Positions 27,684 through 38,328 are shown, counted from the first letter of the stretch. The stretch is DNA of 64,000 bases from Candidatus Nanoarchaeia archaeon (GCA_041653515.1 JBAZFG010000002.1:125632-189631), one strand, 5' to 3'. Program-made: numbers and translations. The notes: generated from the sequence alone by a model not told the origin.

Positions 27684-28736
27684 ATGAGTATGCGTATTGC
27701 TTTCGTTATTATTGGTTACCACCCAACTATTGGAGGTTATGGCAGGCATGTTAAACTGGTTTCTGATGAGCTTCGCAGGCGGGGCCACGAAGTCACTATT
27801 TTGACTACTAATTTTAGCCCTGGGCTTGTTGAAGCTGAGTCAGGCGTTATTAGGTTTAAACATGACCCTTTGTTTAAGATTACGCCGTCGCTTTTCTCGC
27901 ACTTGCTTCATAATGATTATGACCTTGTTCACGTTTTTGGTTATCAGAGTTTCCAGCCGTCAATTACTGCTTTGGCTAAGTGTTTTAAGAAATTCCCGTT
28001 AGTGTTTACTCCTCATTATCACCCATTCGGCCATAAGCCAATGTCATTGAGGAAATTGTTTGATGTCACGTTTGGTAATTACTCGCTTAGTCATGCTGAT
28101 TACGTTGTTACTACTACAGATTATGAGATGCGATTGCTTCGCCATCGCGCTAATCATATTAAAGTGATTCCTAATCCTTTAGAGGTTGATAAGCTCAAGA
28201 AGTTGAAAGGTTTTAAGCGCAAGTATGGCCTGAAGGGTGATTTTGTCTTGTTTGTTGGCCGGATTGAGCAGGATAAGGGTTTGCAGTACTTGATTCCGGC
28301 TGTTAAGGGCCTTGATACTACTTTGGTCGTGATTGGCAATGACGCTGGCTTTAAAGCTGAGTTACCAGTTCAGGGTAATGTCTTGTTTACTGGGCCTTTA
28401 TCGCAGGATGATTTGATGCGGGCTTATAATGAGTGCGCGTTTTTAGTGTTGCCGAGCCGTTATGAATCATTTGGGTTAGTGTTAATTGAAGCTATGCATT
28501 ATTCTAAGCCAGTGATTGCTTCGCGTGTTGGTCCTGTTCCATCGATTGTTAAGGATACTGGTTTAGTCGTGCCTTATGGCGATGTTAATGGGTTGCGTTT
28601 AGCTGTTACTAAATTATTGTCTGATAAGAAGTTGCGCCAATCAATGGGCCGTTATGCTTACCGTAACTCACTTGTTTATGGGGTTGATAATGTTGTTGAT
28701 AAATTATTAATGATTTATAATAAGGTGATTGAGTGA
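27684..28736 (+). CDS. GT4 glycosyltransferase
   Basis: ESFGLVLIEAMHYSKPVIASRVGPVP block; N-terminal GGYGRHV. Confidence 0.8.
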   Translation: MSMRIAFVIIGYHPTIGGYGRHVKLVSDELRRRGHEVTILTTNFSPGLVEAESGVIRFKHDPLFKITPSLFSHLLHNDYDLVHVFGYQSFQPSITALAKCFKKFPLVFTPHYHPFGHKPMSLRKLFDVTFGNYSLSHADYVVTTTDYEMRLLRHRANHIKVIPNPLEVDKLKKLKGFKRKYGLKGDFVLFVGRIEQDKGLQYLIPAVKGLDTTLVVIGNDAGFKAELPVQGNVLFTGPLSQDDLMRAYNECAFLVLPSRYESFGLVLIEAMHYSKPVIASRVGPVPSIVKDTGLVVPYGDVNGLRLAVTKLLSDKKLRQSMGRYAYRNSLVYGVDNVVDKLLMIYNKVIE

Positions 28737-29581
28737 AATACACTATTGGTGTCCCTGCCTATAAGGAGATTAGTATTACTAAGTGCTTGCAATCACTCTT
28801 AGCTGAGCAGTTGCCGTCGTCTGAGATAATTGTTGTCTGCCCTGATGATGAGACTGCTTTGCTTGTTAAGTCATTTAAGGGTGTTAAATTAATTAAAGAG
28901 AAGAGTAAGCAGGGCAAGCCCGCGGCTGTTAATAAGATTCTGAAGGCAGCTAAGGGTGATGTTATTATCCTGACTGACGCTGACATGTTCATTAATAATG
29001 GTAGTCTGCGCAAGTTAGTTTCTCATTTTAAGGATAAGAGTGTTGGTGTTGTCTGCGGTCACCCGGTCGTTATTCCGCAGAAGGGCATGCTTGGTTATTG
29101 GGGCAGTGTGTTGTATGACTTGGCTCATCAGTCGCGTTTGGCTGGCGCTAATCACTTATCAACTAATTTGTGTGCTTTTCGCAGGGGTTTAGTTAAGTCT
29201 ATTCCGCTTGAGTCATTGGTTGATGATTATGTTATTGGGCTTGAAGCATCAAAGAAGCATTCTTTTATTTATGAGCCAAGAGCAATTGTTAATGTTAGGT
29301 TCCCGTCCACTACTCGTGATTTTCTTAAGCAGCGGGTTAGGACTTTTGCTGGTTACATGCAAGTCAAGGATTGGTATGGTAGTAGTGAGCGCTCGTTTGG
29401 CAGTGAGGCGCGCGCAGCTAACAGTGTTTTATCCTATGTTAAATCGCCTAAAAACTTGTTTTGGGTTGTTTGTTTGGCTTTTTATCGCTTGCGCGCTTGG
29501 CTGGGCGCTTACTGGGTTTATCGTGTGAAGAAGAAAAGCCTGAAGGATGTTTGGGTTCCTGCTTTGAGCACTAAAAAGTAA
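28733..29581 (+). CDS. GT2 glycosyltransferase
   Basis: IGVPAYKE..., an ILTDADMF (DxD) motif, and a GTGA overlap with the upstream GT4. Confidence 0.7.
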   Translation: MKYTIGVPAYKEISITKCLQSLLAEQLPSSEIIVVCPDDETALLVKSFKGVKLIKEKSKQGKPAAVNKILKAAKGDVIILTDADMFINNGSLRKLVSHFKDKSVGVVCGHPVVIPQKGMLGYWGSVLYDLAHQSRLAGANHLSTNLCAFRRGLVKSIPLESLVDDYVIGLEASKKHSFIYEPRAIVNVRFPSTTRDFLKQRVRTFAGYMQVKDWYGSSERSFGSEARAANSVLSYVKSPKNLFWVVCLAFYRLRAWLGAYWVYRVKKKSLKDVWVPALSTKK

Positions 29582-29614
29582 TCTTTTTAAGTTATTAATT
29601 GTGAGTAATATCTT

Positions 29615-31162
29615 ATGTATTTTAAGGAGCATCAATTGTTTTACTTGTTTCTCGCTGTGTTCACTCTTTTTTCTTTGTTTAATATTGATTTTACTCACTT
29701 GAATTCTGATGAGGGTTCTTATGCTTTGACTGCTGTGTTCTTTAATCGGTTGGTTGGTGATTGGCTGGCTAATCCTACAATTGACCCGTCTGCGTTGTTC
29801 TCTTACGCTAAAGCTTACTACGTGTTCTACCCTAAGTTCATGTTCCTTAATGGCCCGTTGCTTAATTTGATTAACGCGCCAATCTCTTTCTCGCCGCTAC
29901 TGATGAAGTTGGTCACGCTTGCGTTCTCTATTGGCACTATCATTGTTTTGTATCATTTTGTGTTATTATTCTTTAAGAAGGAGCCTGACGCACCACAACT
30001 TGCTTTATTGTCTGCTGTCCTGACTGCTACTTCCAGCGTCTTTTTTTATTCATCTATCACTATCATGCTTGACGTGCCGAGTATTTTCTTTTTTGTGCTC
30101 GCTTTGTTCTTGTTTTTTAAGAATAAGCCTTTGTTGACTGGTTTGTGTCTTGGCTTGAGTGTTTTGATGAAGGATGTTGCCCTGCCTTACGTGGCTATTT
30201 TCTGCTTGCTTATTATTAGGGATTTCCGCAAGCAGTGGAAGTTATTCCTCATGCTTGGCTTGTCATTGTTGCCTTATATTATTTTGATTGCTGCTTCTGG
30301 CGGGCTTGACATTTTTGCCCAATACCCTGCAAAACAATTATGGTATGTTGAGCGTCAGGGCGACCCTCAGTGGTATGATTTGTCCGGCTGGCTTTATTAC
30401 TGGCAGACTATTGTGGCTAATTATTCATTAGTGGTCCTGCCGTTCCTGTTCTTTGGTATGTATTACGCTTACAAGAGTGGCCATGGTTTCATAGTCTTAT
30501 TCATCTTATTATCATTCTTAGTTGTTACTCTTATGAGTGATAAGGCTGAGCGCCGAGTGCTTAACTCAGTGATGTTCTTGTCGCCGTTGATTGCTTTGGG
30601 CGCGGCCCGTTTTTATAATCATATTAAGTCACCTAATAGTCGTTTCTTATTATTGTTCATAATCACTTTGATGTTAGTGGTTCAACTGCCGTTGTTTAAT
30701 CAGCATCTTAGCGTGCCAATGGCTGAGGTGGCTATTGATTTGGTTAATGATTGTCCTGACTGCACTGTGTTAATTGCAAGCGAGACTGGTAATGCTTACT
30801 CTAGTTTCTTAATGTATGAGTCATTAATCCGTGATGAGAACGTGTCTTTGCGTTTCATCAGGCCGGCTGTGTTTGAGTCAATGAGCGCGCTTGAAGTGAT
30901 TAATTCTGAGCGCGTTAATCGCGTTGTAGTGATTGGTGATTTTGATTACTTATGGGCTAATTATGATTACCCTGTTTACTTGCCTCAGATTAATTTCATT
31001 GTTAACCGCTATCAGTTAATCAAGGCTTATGAGTCTGATGTTGTGGGCCACATCTTTGTTTTTGATACTGGTATCACTGACCATAAGGCTTTGCCGTTGT
31101 GCGTCTCGTCGCCGTCACTGGGTTCATCGTTTTGCACTGATGCTAAGCCTTCTTTTGCATAA
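29615..31162 (+). CDS. GT-C fold membrane glycosyltransferase-like protein (ArnT/PMT-like)
   Basis: Polytopic membrane protein with a first-loop acidic motif LNSDEGSYAL, followed by a C-terminal soluble domain. Confidence 0.55.
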   Translation: MYFKEHQLFYLFLAVFTLFSLFNIDFTHLNSDEGSYALTAVFFNRLVGDWLANPTIDPSALFSYAKAYYVFYPKFMFLNGPLLNLINAPISFSPLLMKLVTLAFSIGTIIVLYHFVLLFFKKEPDAPQLALLSAVLTATSSVFFYSSITIMLDVPSIFFFVLALFLFFKNKPLLTGLCLGLSVLMKDVALPYVAIFCLLIIRDFRKQWKLFLMLGLSLLPYIILIAASGGLDIFAQYPAKQLWYVERQGDPQWYDLSGWLYYWQTIVANYSLVVLPFLFFGMYYAYKSGHGFIVLFILLSFLVVTLMSDKAERRVLNSVMFLSPLIALGAARFYNHIKSPNSRFLLLFIITLMLVVQLPLFNQHLSVPMAEVAIDLVNDCPDCTVLIASETGNAYSSFLMYESLIRDENVSLRFIRPAVFESMSALEVINSERVNRVVVIGDFDYLWANYDYPVYLPQINFIVNRYQLIKAYESDVVGHIFVFDTGITDHKALPLCVSSPSLGSSFCTDAKPSFA

Positions 31163-31183
31163 TATTTAAAAGATAGTTATTAT

Positions 31184-32422
31184 TTGAATTTTTTCGTGAA
31201 GATTGTTATTCTGGGCGCTGGGTTGACTGGCTTAGCTGCTAGTCAGTTATTATCTCATGAGCATGACGTGCTCGTTCTTGAGAAGGGTGACCAGCCCGGT
31301 GGGTTAGCTGCTAGTTTTCGCCAGGATGGTTTTGACATCCCGTTCTTTTATCATCACGTGTTCAAGCAGGAGCTTGTTACGCAGGATTACTTAGCTAAGG
31401 CAGGTATTATTATTAATAATTGGTCTAAGGTTCGGATGGGCATTAATGTTGGTGAGGGCACTGTTAATTTCTCTAACCCGCTTGAATTAATTAAATGGCC
31501 TTATTTATCATTTGGTGGCCGCATTCGTTTTGGCTTGTTTGGCGCTCAATTCTTCATGCCGCAGAACTGGTCTCGGTTGAGGGGTGTTAATGCTGAGGCT
31601 TGGCTTTTAAAAGCAGCTGGTAATGAAGTGACTAGTAAGATTTTTGCGCCGTTAATGTTTAACAAGTTTGGCATGCCTCTTAGTAAGATTAGTGCTGAGT
31701 GGTTAGCAACTCGGTTGGCTGCTCGTGAGGCTCAGAGTTTCTTTGGTTACCCTAAGGGTGGTGTGGCTCGTTTGGTTGATTACTTGGTTAAGGATAATAA
31801 CTCGCAGATTATCCTGAAGGCGCGTTTATCTGGTGTTGACTTGAAAGCTAAGACTGTATCCTATAATGGTAAGAAAGTCAAGTATGATGTGTTAATTAAT
31901 ACTATTCCGATGCCTGTGTTCTTGCCGTTAGTTAGTGGTTTGCCTGATAAGTTGCGCAAGCAGTGGTCGCGCGTTAAGTTCATTAAGCATTTGAGTTTGG
32001 TCGTGGCTCATGATAAGTTGTTGGAGGATTTTTATTGGATTAATGTTTTTGGCAAGGATTTTGGTGGCATTATCCAGCATTCTTATTTGAATGATGCTTA
32101 CCCGTTCAAGTTATCGTTCGTGTTTAGTTACGCGCCTAGTGACGCTATTTGGGGTTTGTCTGATAAAGCGGTTCAGTCTTTGTTCCTGAAGCGACTTAAG
32201 GAGTTATACCCTCACGTCAAGCCTAAGTGGTCTAGGGTTACTCGCGCAATCTATGCTGACCCTTTCTGTGATGAAGCGTATAAGTCTTATCGGCCTGATT
32301 ACGAGACTGGCGTTAAGGGTTTTTATAATGCTGGCATCCAAGTCACTAGTCCTGATTACATGCGAAGCATGAATAATTCACTGCTAAGCGGTCAGACGAT
32401 TGCAAAGAAAGTGTTAGGGTAG
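31184..32422 (+). CDS. FAD/NAD(P)-binding oxidoreductase (amine oxidase / phytoene desaturase-like family)
   Basis: KIVILGAGLTGLAAS...VLEKGDQPGGLA dinucleotide-binding motif. The likely start is GTG at 31196. Confidence 0.65.
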   Translation: MNFFVKIVILGAGLTGLAASQLLSHEHDVLVLEKGDQPGGLAASFRQDGFDIPFFYHHVFKQELVTQDYLAKAGIIINNWSKVRMGINVGEGTVNFSNPLELIKWPYLSFGGRIRFGLFGAQFFMPQNWSRLRGVNAEAWLLKAAGNEVTSKIFAPLMFNKFGMPLSKISAEWLATRLAAREAQSFFGYPKGGVARLVDYLVKDNNSQIILKARLSGVDLKAKTVSYNGKKVKYDVLINTIPMPVFLPLVSGLPDKLRKQWSRVKFIKHLSLVVAHDKLLEDFYWINVFGKDFGGIIQHSYLNDAYPFKLSFVFSYAPSDAIWGLSDKAVQSLFLKRLKELYPHVKPKWSRVTRAIYADPFCDEAYKSYRPDYETGVKGFYNAGIQVTSPDYMRSMNNSLLSGQTIAKKVLG

Positions 32423-32457
32423 TAAATCTTTTATTAGCTTGCTTCCTTTATTCTATT

Positions 32458-32775
32458 ATGCGTTACTTGCCCTTGCTTGGTTTGTTGTTGATTCTTGGTT
32501 GCACTAGTGTTGATGAGTGTAACTCAGGCGATGCTTGCACTGATTTTGAGTGTCAGGTGACTAATTGTTGGTGCGCTCATGAAGGGGTTTTATATGAGTC
32601 AGGGGTTATGGTGGTTAGTAATGTTACTGCGGCGAGCGTTGTTAGTGATTACCTTGGCGTTAGTGTTGACCGCGCGGTCAGTATTAGTGATGACTTCTAT
32701 AACGTGTTCGTTGAAGATGAAGCTTATACAGTGTATAAGGATGGAACAATAATAATGACTCAATGCGGCGTTTAA
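32458..32775 (+). CDS. Small Cys-rich secreted lipoprotein-like protein
   Basis: Signal/lipobox-like LLGLLLILGCTS, seven Cys in 105 aa, and one NVT sequon. Confidence 0.45.
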   Translation: MRYLPLLGLLLILGCTSVDECNSGDACTDFECQVTNCWCAHEGVLYESGVMVVSNVTAASVVSDYLGVSVDRAVSISDDFYNVFVEDEAYTVYKDGTIIMTQCGV

Positions 32776-32780
32776 ACTTT

Positions 32781-32820
32781 AAGACCGCCTCTTCTGTTGC
32801 TTTAGCGAAGGCGTGGTCTT
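32781..32820. terminator. Imperfect GC-containing hairpin between convergent genes
   Basis: aagaccgcct (32781-32790) pairs with aggcgtggtctt (32809-32820), leaving a 2-nt bulge. This is the only convergent junction in the window with a real spacer. Confidence 0.3.
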
Positions 32821-33880
32821 ATACTTTTAACCCACCACGTCTGCATAATGGCCTGTATAGTGTTTTTAGCCAGCTGTTCTGGCAGACGTTCTTGGCGTAT
32901 TTCTTGCCGTGCAGGTTGTACCAGATGATTGTGTTATAGATCGTGGCGCCCCAGGCTGGTATCTTGAATATTGGTGTGTCAAAGATTAACCATTTGAGGC
33001 CTGGCACTTTCCTCAAGCTCATCTCTAGTAAAAATATTGGTTGTGAGTTGGCTTTAGGAGGCTTGAATGGGTCAGTGTAGAATTTATCCCCGATAATCTC
33101 GTATTTCATCTCACCCACACCCATCTCTTGAGCATTAATGAGCATTTTATTATCATCTGTTGGTAAGCCCATGAAATTACTGCCTGCAGTGTCAATTGAT
33201 ACTCGGTCGTGGCTAGCCATTATTAAGTCGCATTGTTTTGGCACGCCTGTGCGTGGCGCGTTGCCTTCCATGACCATTGTAACATCCATGACTGCGAACT
33301 GGATTTTCTTTAAGTAAGCGTTAATGTCAGCAATACACTGATTAGCCCTAGTGTGGTATTGGTGTCTGACTCGTGGCACAATGCCCCACTGGTTCTTTAA
33401 GCCGCCGGTTAATCGGGTTAAGCAGTGAGTTTTTAGTATTGGCAGTGTGATTATGACATCAGCGTCAACAACTGTTTTAGGTAAGTCCAGTTCCTTGAAT
33501 ACTTTGCCACCAACCTTGACTTTAACCATCTTATCCTTGCTAAGGTTGATGAATGGCGCGTTGTATTTCTCGCCTAATTGTTTGAAACCCCATGCTTGGA
33601 TTGCTTCATCCAAGTGCTCTGATGCTGCTAGGTCAGCGTCGCCCATAGTGATTTGGGCTTTAGGCAATTCTTTTCTTATCTTCATTAAGACTGCCTCAAC
33701 CACCCAAGGACTGGTGCACTGGCCAGGCACTACTTGGTTGCTCATAGCATTAACTTTAAGGAATATCTTATTGCCTTTAACGTATTTTTTCCAGTCAGCT
33801 AATTCCATTGCGCGCCAAACTGTCTCGAACACGCCTGTACGGCTTCTCTTCTTGATTTTACAGAAAGCTACTTTACTCAT
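32819..33880 (-). CDS. DUF362 protein (no ferredoxin domain), paralogue of 22255-23286
   Basis: FLKVNAM, LPILKTHCLTRLTGGLKNQWG and VMEGNAPRTG blocks, typical of DUF362. Confidence 0.7.
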   Translation of the reverse strand: MSKVAFCKIKKRSRTGVFETVWRAMELADWKKYVKGNKIFLKVNAMSNQVVPGQCTSPWVVEAVLMKIRKELPKAQITMGDADLAASEHLDEAIQAWGFKQLGEKYNAPFINLSKDKMVKVKVGGKVFKELDLPKTVVDADVIITLPILKTHCLTRLTGGLKNQWGIVPRVRHQYHTRANQCIADINAYLKKIQFAVMDVTMVMEGNAPRTGVPKQCDLIMASHDRVSIDTAGSNFMGLPTDDNKMLINAQEMGVGEMKYEIIGDKFYTDPFKPPKANSQPIFLLEMSLRKVPGLKWLIFDTPIFKIPAWGATIYNTIIWYNLHGKKYAKNVCQNSWLKTLYRPLCRRGGLKV

Positions 33881-33958
33881 TATTAAGAAACCTTCACTGG
33901 CGAACTGTTTATTAATTTTTCTATACTATACGCTTTTAAATTAATCTTTCATTAGTTT

Positions 33959-35506
33959 TTGTTAATGCTAGATAAGTTATGGCAGTACGTAGTTGATAAT
34001 AAAGCGTTCTTCATAGTTATTCCATTAATATTGTTATGGACTCGTTTTGATTACGAGTCTTTTGCGATGAGCGTGACCCCGTTTGGCGTGCCGTTAGATG
34101 ATGCTTATATTGGTTATCAGTTCGCGCGCAACTTTGCTCAGGGCAGAGTATTAGAATATAATGTTGGCGAGCAGACTACTGGCGCGTCAACCTTGTTATG
34201 GCCTTTGGTGATGGCATTGATTTACTTATTGACTGGTTACTTATACCCTAATTACGTGATTGCTTTTCTAGTCATATCAAAAGTCACTGCCACAATCCTT
34301 TACTTCTTGTCAATCACTGGCATTTATTATTTGAGCCAGAAGTATTATTTCAAGAATAAGTTTGCTAGCGTGATGCTCTGCTCGTTCCTTGCTTTAGAGT
34401 TGCACATGCTTTGGGGCACGCTGAGTGGGATGGAGATGTCATTGTTTGCTTTCCTAATAACGTTCATGCTGATTGCTTTGCGTGAGAATAAGATTAAGCT
34501 TGGCGCAGTGCTTGGTGGTTTGATTGGTTTAACAAGACCTGAGGGCATGGTTTTGTACCCTGGGTTAATTCTCTTATTATTCTTCTTTAAGTTAGTTAAG
34601 ACTAAGAAAATAGTTTTTAGGGAAGTTAAAGAATTATTATTGCAATTAATTATTTTTGTTGTGATAATGATCCCTTGGCCAATCCTTAATTACATGATTT
34701 CAGGCAAGCCTTTGCCAGCGACTTTTTACATGAAAGGCGGCGTGGTTAGTCTTGCTAATTTGTTGGGTGGTTTCACGTTCGTGTTTGACGTGCTTAATTT
34801 GTTTGGCAGTGATTACGCTTTGTCATTATTATTCGTGGCTGGCGTGATTATTTATTTTGCGCTGAAGAAAGAGTTCAGTCCTGAGGCCTTACTTGCTATA
34901 ATCTTCATGGTTCTTTACGGCACAGCAATCCCTAACCTGACTGGTTTTGGTCGTTATTACATGCCTGTTTTCCCAATAATCGCTTTGGTTGCTTTCTACT
35001 CATTCAAGTTAATTGAGGGTGTTTTACCTTCTAAGTTTAAGAAGTTTGGTTCAGCGTTATTAATGCTCGTGCCAATGATAATAATCACTGTTGTGGCTTC
35101 ACCAATGGCTAATTATCAATTAAGTAATTATGATGTTTGGAAACAAGTTTATGGACATAACGTTTATAGTATTAATCATTTTGAGGTGGCAATGGCTTAC
35201 TGGTTGATTGATAATTCACAAATAACTGATGTTGTTGGCACTTGTGATATTGGTGCGCCTAGTTTTATTGCTAACCGCTACTTGGTTGATGTGTTTGGTT
35301 TGATTGGGCCTGAGGTCAGGTCTTGGAATGGAACTTATGATAGTTACTTGCGTTATCGCAACGTTACTTATTATATTGATTACCCTGCTAACGCTAATGA
35401 TAAAGTTAAGGCTAATTGCACTATTGTTTACAATACTACTTACTTGTCAATGATTACTATTACTGCCGGTTACCAGATGGCTATCTATAAATGCGAGTGG
35501 CTTTAA
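33959..35506 (+). CDS. Polytopic membrane protein, GT-C-like
   Basis: First-loop motif VPLDDAYIGYQFARNFAQG, about 12 TM segments and a C-terminal soluble domain. The likely start is the ATG at 33965. Confidence 0.5.
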   Translation: MLMLDKLWQYVVDNKAFFIVIPLILLWTRFDYESFAMSVTPFGVPLDDAYIGYQFARNFAQGRVLEYNVGEQTTGASTLLWPLVMALIYLLTGYLYPNYVIAFLVISKVTATILYFLSITGIYYLSQKYYFKNKFASVMLCSFLALELHMLWGTLSGMEMSLFAFLITFMLIALRENKIKLGAVLGGLIGLTRPEGMVLYPGLILLLFFFKLVKTKKIVFREVKELLLQLIIFVVIMIPWPILNYMISGKPLPATFYMKGGVVSLANLLGGFTFVFDVLNLFGSDYALSLLFVAGVIIYFALKKEFSPEALLAIIFMVLYGTAIPNLTGFGRYYMPVFPIIALVAFYSFKLIEGVLPSKFKKFGSALLMLVPMIIITVVASPMANYQLSNYDVWKQVYGHNVYSINHFEVAMAYWLIDNSQITDVVGTCDIGAPSFIANRYLVDVFGLIGPEVRSWNGTYDSYLRYRNVTYYIDYPANANDKVKANCTIVYNTTYLSMITITAGYQMAIYKCEWL

Positions 35507-36897
35507 GCAGAGTTATTAATGTAGAATACTATTAGTTGCGCTTGAGCTGCTGATGGGTATGCTTTGATTGGCATGATGAACGAGTAGTTAAGAGTGTAAG
35601 CATAAGCAGGGTATTGTTCGTAAGCGCTGATAACTAGGAATGAGTAATTACTTACTTGTTGGAGGAATAATTCTTCAGTGGCTGGGAACGCGTCAACTGT
35701 TTTCTCGCTGTAATAAGTTAGTTGTGGCACGCTGTTAGCCATGACGTTGCCTTCGTAAGGCAGTAAGAACTCGCCTGCTTGCTTGACATATAAGTATGAA
35801 TCCTTAGCATTATTAATGCTTGTTAACCCTGTTGGCAGGTTCTCAATAATAATGATTATTGTTATTATCGCTAACGCGTAATTAATGATTTGCTTGTTTT
35901 TACTCACGTAACTAATAATGAAGCTTGCGCCAAGAATAGCTGATAAGCAAGCAAAAGGCAGTAAGTGTATTAGGAACCTAACTTCTTTGACGCTGGTTAA
36001 CAATGAGTAGAACGCTAAGTAAATGAATAAATTAAGTGCTATGAACTGCACTTTCTTATTCTTTAATTTGAAGATGATTGGTATGATGCCAATGAACACT
36101 AGTAAACCCATTAATATACCATAATTAAACAGCATGCTAGTTATGTAATAGAACATGTCACCTGCTTGCGCTCCACCAGTCGCGTTAACATTAAATGATA
36201 GGAATGATAGTGGCGTGTATACTGGGTTGTTGAATACTATGATGTCATAAATCATTAGTGGCGCGTAACCGATTAACGCGCCAAACAACCAATAATAATC
36301 CTTTAATTTTTTCTCTTTATTAATTAATGAGTAAGCAAGGTATACTACGCTCCCAATTATTGCCGTGAACTTAATACTAGCTGCTAAACCCAATAATAAA
36401 CCACTAGGCAACCGCTTGCCTTTAATGAATAATAACGCGCTTAGCACTAATAGGAACGCGCTTGGCACATCAATAGTGAACCGTAGTGACCAGTAAAGGA
36501 AGACCCATTGAAAACACATTATTAACCCTGTAATAATCCCATACTTCTCGCCTAATAATTCCTTACCTAAGTAATAAGACGCGATTGTTAAGCCCAACCC
36601 GAATAAGATGTTAATGAACCTGATTACTAATTCATTATAACCAAAAGGCAATGATAACCCATATAATATTGCTGGGTAAACGATTGACCTGCCATCCCAC
36701 CAACCAGTTGTTGGCGTGCCAATAAACAAGCTTTTAGTCATCACTAAGTATTGAGCCTCATCCCACCAGACAGTGCTATAAGCACTAATTAATGGCAGTC
36801 TTGTTATCAGGAAGACCGCACTGATTAAACCAACCCAGAAGTACTTATTATTCACTAAATCCTTTAAGTTAATCTCGTCATTATCATTCATATTCAA
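35503..36897 (-). CDS. GT-C fold membrane glycosyltransferase (ArnT/PMT, GT39/GT83-like)
   Basis: First-loop motif VWWDEAQYLVMTKSL; polytopic. The likely start is the ATG at 36891 (MNDNDEINL). Confidence 0.6.
   Translation of the reverse strand: MNMNDNDEINLKDLVNNKYFWVGLISAVFLITRLPLISAYSTVWWDEAQYLVMTKSLFIGTPTTGWWDGRSIVYPAILYGLSLPFGYNELVIRFINILFGLGLTIASYYLGKELLGEKYGIITGLIMCFQWVFLYWSLRFTIDVPSAFLLVLSALLFIKGKRLPSGLLLGLAASIKFTAIIGSVVYLAYSLINKEKKLKDYYWLFGALIGYAPLMIYDIIVFNNPVYTPLSFLSFNVNATGGAQAGDMFYYITSMLFNYGILMGLLVFIGIIPIIFKLKNKKVQFIALNLFIYLAFYSLLTSVKEVRFLIHLLPFACLSAILGASFIISYVSKNKQIINYALAIITIIIIIENLPTGLTSINNAKDSYLYVKQAGEFLLPYEGNVMANSVPQLTYYSEKTVDAFPATEELFLQQVSNYSFLVISAYEQYPAYAYTLNYSFIMPIKAYPSAAQAQLIVFYINNSA
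36822..36894. repeat. Direct repeat copy 1 (5' end of the GT-C gene); partner at 39059-39128
   Basis: The first 33 nt (tgattaaaccaacccagaagtacttattattca) are identical in both copies. The remainder has ~10 substitutions and one 3-nt indel. Confidence 0.85.
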
Positions 36898-36945
36898 TCA
36901 CTTCTTTATTATTAATAGTCATTCTTAGTTAATAGTTTTAACCTT

Positions 36946-38328
36946 TTAGTTTAAGAGAATCTTTGAAGGTTTAAAGAAATTATTCAGAATGTTCCTAATA
37001 GGTGCTTCCCTGTGTGAGATATTATTGAATATATAAGCTAGTTTGGTAAAGTCTATTAACTCATCGAATGGAATCTTTTCTTTCAGCAGGTAAGTGCCTT
37101 TCCTAATCATGTTGTCATAATCAAGCCATTCCATTGGTTTGATAACACCTTTCTTCTTGAGTAATTCATAATAATCTGCGCCAGGGTCAGGGGTAAATAC
37201 GTAGAAATGAGCAAAGTTAGTTTTATTCTTAATGGCAAAATTAATTGTTTTAATTATAGAATCCCTTGTTTCACCTGGTGCCCCAATGATGTGGCTTGCA
37301 CTAATTTCTATACCAAAAGCCTTTAATTTTTCAATACCTTGGCTTATCTGCCTGATTGTTAAGCATTTGTTCATTGACTTAAGTATTTCATCATCCCCTG
37401 ATTCAACCCCAACAAAAGCTCTCTTGTAACCTGTTTTATGCATTATATTGAGCAAGTCATTATTTATTGTGTCAAGCCGAGTGTTACTGCCCCATGTGAT
37501 GTCAAGTTTTTCTTTTTTAATTAGACTTGTGAATTCAGTGATAAACTTATGATTAGCTGTCATTGTATCATCATAAAACATAATCTTATTGGATTTAGTG
37601 ACGTCAATAACCTGTTTTATTTCATTGATAACACTTGATGGGCTTCTAAAATTAACCTTTTTTCCAAACATTTTTTTAGAAGCACAAAACTTGCAACCAA
37701 AAGGGCATCCTCTTGAAGCTATTAATACATTATAAGTATCTTCTGCCCCAAGTTTTCTATGATTACTTGGTTTGTATTTATCTAATGGGAATAAATCTCT
37801 GGCTGGGAAAGGCAGGTCATTCAGGTCAGTACTGGTTGGTTTTGTGGGGTTTAGGATGATCTTCTTGCCTTTTTTGAATACAATACCATTAACCTCTTCT
37901 AACCTTTGGTTAGCCAGTATCTTAACAATGGTTTCTTCTCCTTCACCTAGCACGCCTATATCAAAACAGTTTAATGAAATGGTTTCTAAAGGTTCTGATG
38001 TGATGTGAATGCCGCCTAGAATTATCTTTGCATTAGTTTTTGATTTTATTTCACTGGCTATCTTAATCGTATTCTTCATAAGAGGGGTTGTTGATGTAAG
38101 ACCTATAAACTTAATGTCCTTTGAGTTAATCCTTTTTATTACATCCTCAATAGTGAATTCTTCAACATTTAAGTCAAGGCATTCAACCCTATAACCTGCT
38201 TTTCTTACGCTTGCGGCAATGTATGCTAGTCCAAGGGGTAAGCTTACTGTTTGGTTTTCCTGTCTTGAGATGTTGAAATGTTTTTTTTCAAAAAAATCTT
38301 TTTGCGGGGGATTAATGAGCAATAACAT
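36946..38328 (-). CDS. Class B (B12-binding domain) radical SAM enzyme
   Basis: SRGCPFGCKFCAS cluster motif. N-terminal LPLGLAYIAASVRKAGYRVECLD, FIGLTS and ILGGIHIT form the B12-binding-type domain. Markedly AT-rich. Confidence 0.8.
   Translation of the reverse strand: MLLLINPPQKDFFEKKHFNISRQENQTVSLPLGLAYIAASVRKAGYRVECLDLNVEEFTIEDVIKRINSKDIKFIGLTSTTPLMKNTIKIASEIKSKTNAKIILGGIHITSEPLETISLNCFDIGVLGEGEETIVKILANQRLEEVNGIVFKKGKKIILNPTKPTSTDLNDLPFPARDLFPLDKYKPSNHRKLGAEDTYNVLIASRGCPFGCKFCASKKMFGKKVNFRSPSSVINEIKQVIDVTKSNKIMFYDDTMTANHKFITEFTSLIKKEKLDITWGSNTRLDTINNDLLNIMHKTGYKRAFVGVESGDDEILKSMNKCLTIRQISQGIEKLKAFGIEISASHIIGAPGETRDSIIKTINFAIKNKTNFAHFYVFTPDPGADYYELLKKKGVIKPMEWLDYDNMIRKGTYLLKEKIPFDELIDFTKLAYIFNNISHREAPIRNILNNFFKPSKILLN

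Noticed and set aside
29429-29698. A minus-strand 89-aa ORF spanning the GT2 to GT-C intergenic region.
   Set aside because: It overlaps both flanking plus-strand genes and the short spacer between them, and has no motif. It is likely spurious.
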